Part shown: positions 63,686-64,000 of the stretch, piece after piece
Layout of the letters: each line of letters begins with the position of its first letter
How positions within the stretch are numbered: position 1 is the stretch's first letter
Source: Pseudomonadota bacterium
GTDB lineage: Bacteria; Pseudomonadota; Gammaproteobacteria; Xanthomonadales; Xanthomonadaceae
NCBI GenBank assembly: GCA_018242425.1
Contig: JAFEBX010000004.1
Location: 223,032 to 287,031, forward strand
DNA length: 64,000 bases
Direction: 5' to 3'
Program-made: the position numbers and the translations under genes
The notes under the pieces: model-generated
Seen by the model: only the letters and a program-made list of their open reading frames with translations
The model's database searches: none
What the model was told of the DNA's origin: nothing

Positions 63686-64000
63686 TTACTTGCCCTCGGC
63701 GACGACGATGGTGATGTGGCTGGTGCGCTTGAGGATGCGGGTACCGCGTCCCTTCGCACGTGCCATGAAACGCTTCAGGCTCGGACCTTCATCAACCATG
63801 ATGGTCTTGACCTTCAACGCATCGGCATCGGCGCCGACATTGTTTTCGGCGTTGGAGACGGCCGACCACAGGACCTTGTGGATCATGTGGGCTGCCTTCT
63901 TGTCACTGAACTTCAACAGGTCCAGTGCACGGGCCGCCGGAAGACCGCGGACCTGGTCGGCGACCAGTCGGGCCTTCTGCGGGGAGATGCGCGCGGAGCG
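63686..64000 (-). CDS. rplV: 50S ribosomal protein L22, 5' end outside the window
   Basis: [19 protein letters not shown]...[10 protein letters not shown]. Confidence 0.97.
   Translation of the reverse strand, partial: RSARISPQKARLVADQVRGLPAARALDLLKFSDKKAAHMIHKVLWSAVSNAENNVGADADALKVKTIMVDEGPSLKRFMARAKGRGTRILKRTSHITIVVAEGK

Overview
GC-rich chromosomal window, probably from a Xanthomonadales (Lysobacteraceae-like) bacterium; this is inferred from gene order such as rplQ-dsbB-class II DAHP synthase and thrS-infC-rpmI-rplT-pheST-ihfA-merR-tRNA-Pro. Most of the window is core genome: a TldD/TldE pair, the thrS to ihfA cluster, prpBC, mdh, an aminotransferase, a cyclophilin, typA, and the S10/spc/alpha ribosomal superoperon from rplV to rplQ. 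Accessory parts: (i) a 3.0-kb arsenic islet (arsR, arsI, arsC, acr3) bounded by a perfect 28-bp duplication of the tRNA-Pro(GGG) 3' end, with no intact integrase; (ii) a smeRv-smeU1VWU2X-type RND efflux locus; (iii) a DUF305, YncE, ECF sigma, anti-sigma module next to tRNA-Arg(ACG); (iv) an ArsR-SRPBCC-secreted protein operon. The strongest hidden signal is a short Thr-rich leader peptide (MSTTTAHC) upstream of thrS with mutually exclusive terminator and antiterminator pairings, i.e. a candidate ribosome-mediated attenuator. Other points of interest are a C-terminally extended L20, a Tat-type signal on TldD, two REP/MITE-like palindromic elements and long structured spacers in the ribosomal operons. 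No CRISPR array or rRNA was seen. All product calls come from motif and family recognition by eye; no database search was run.
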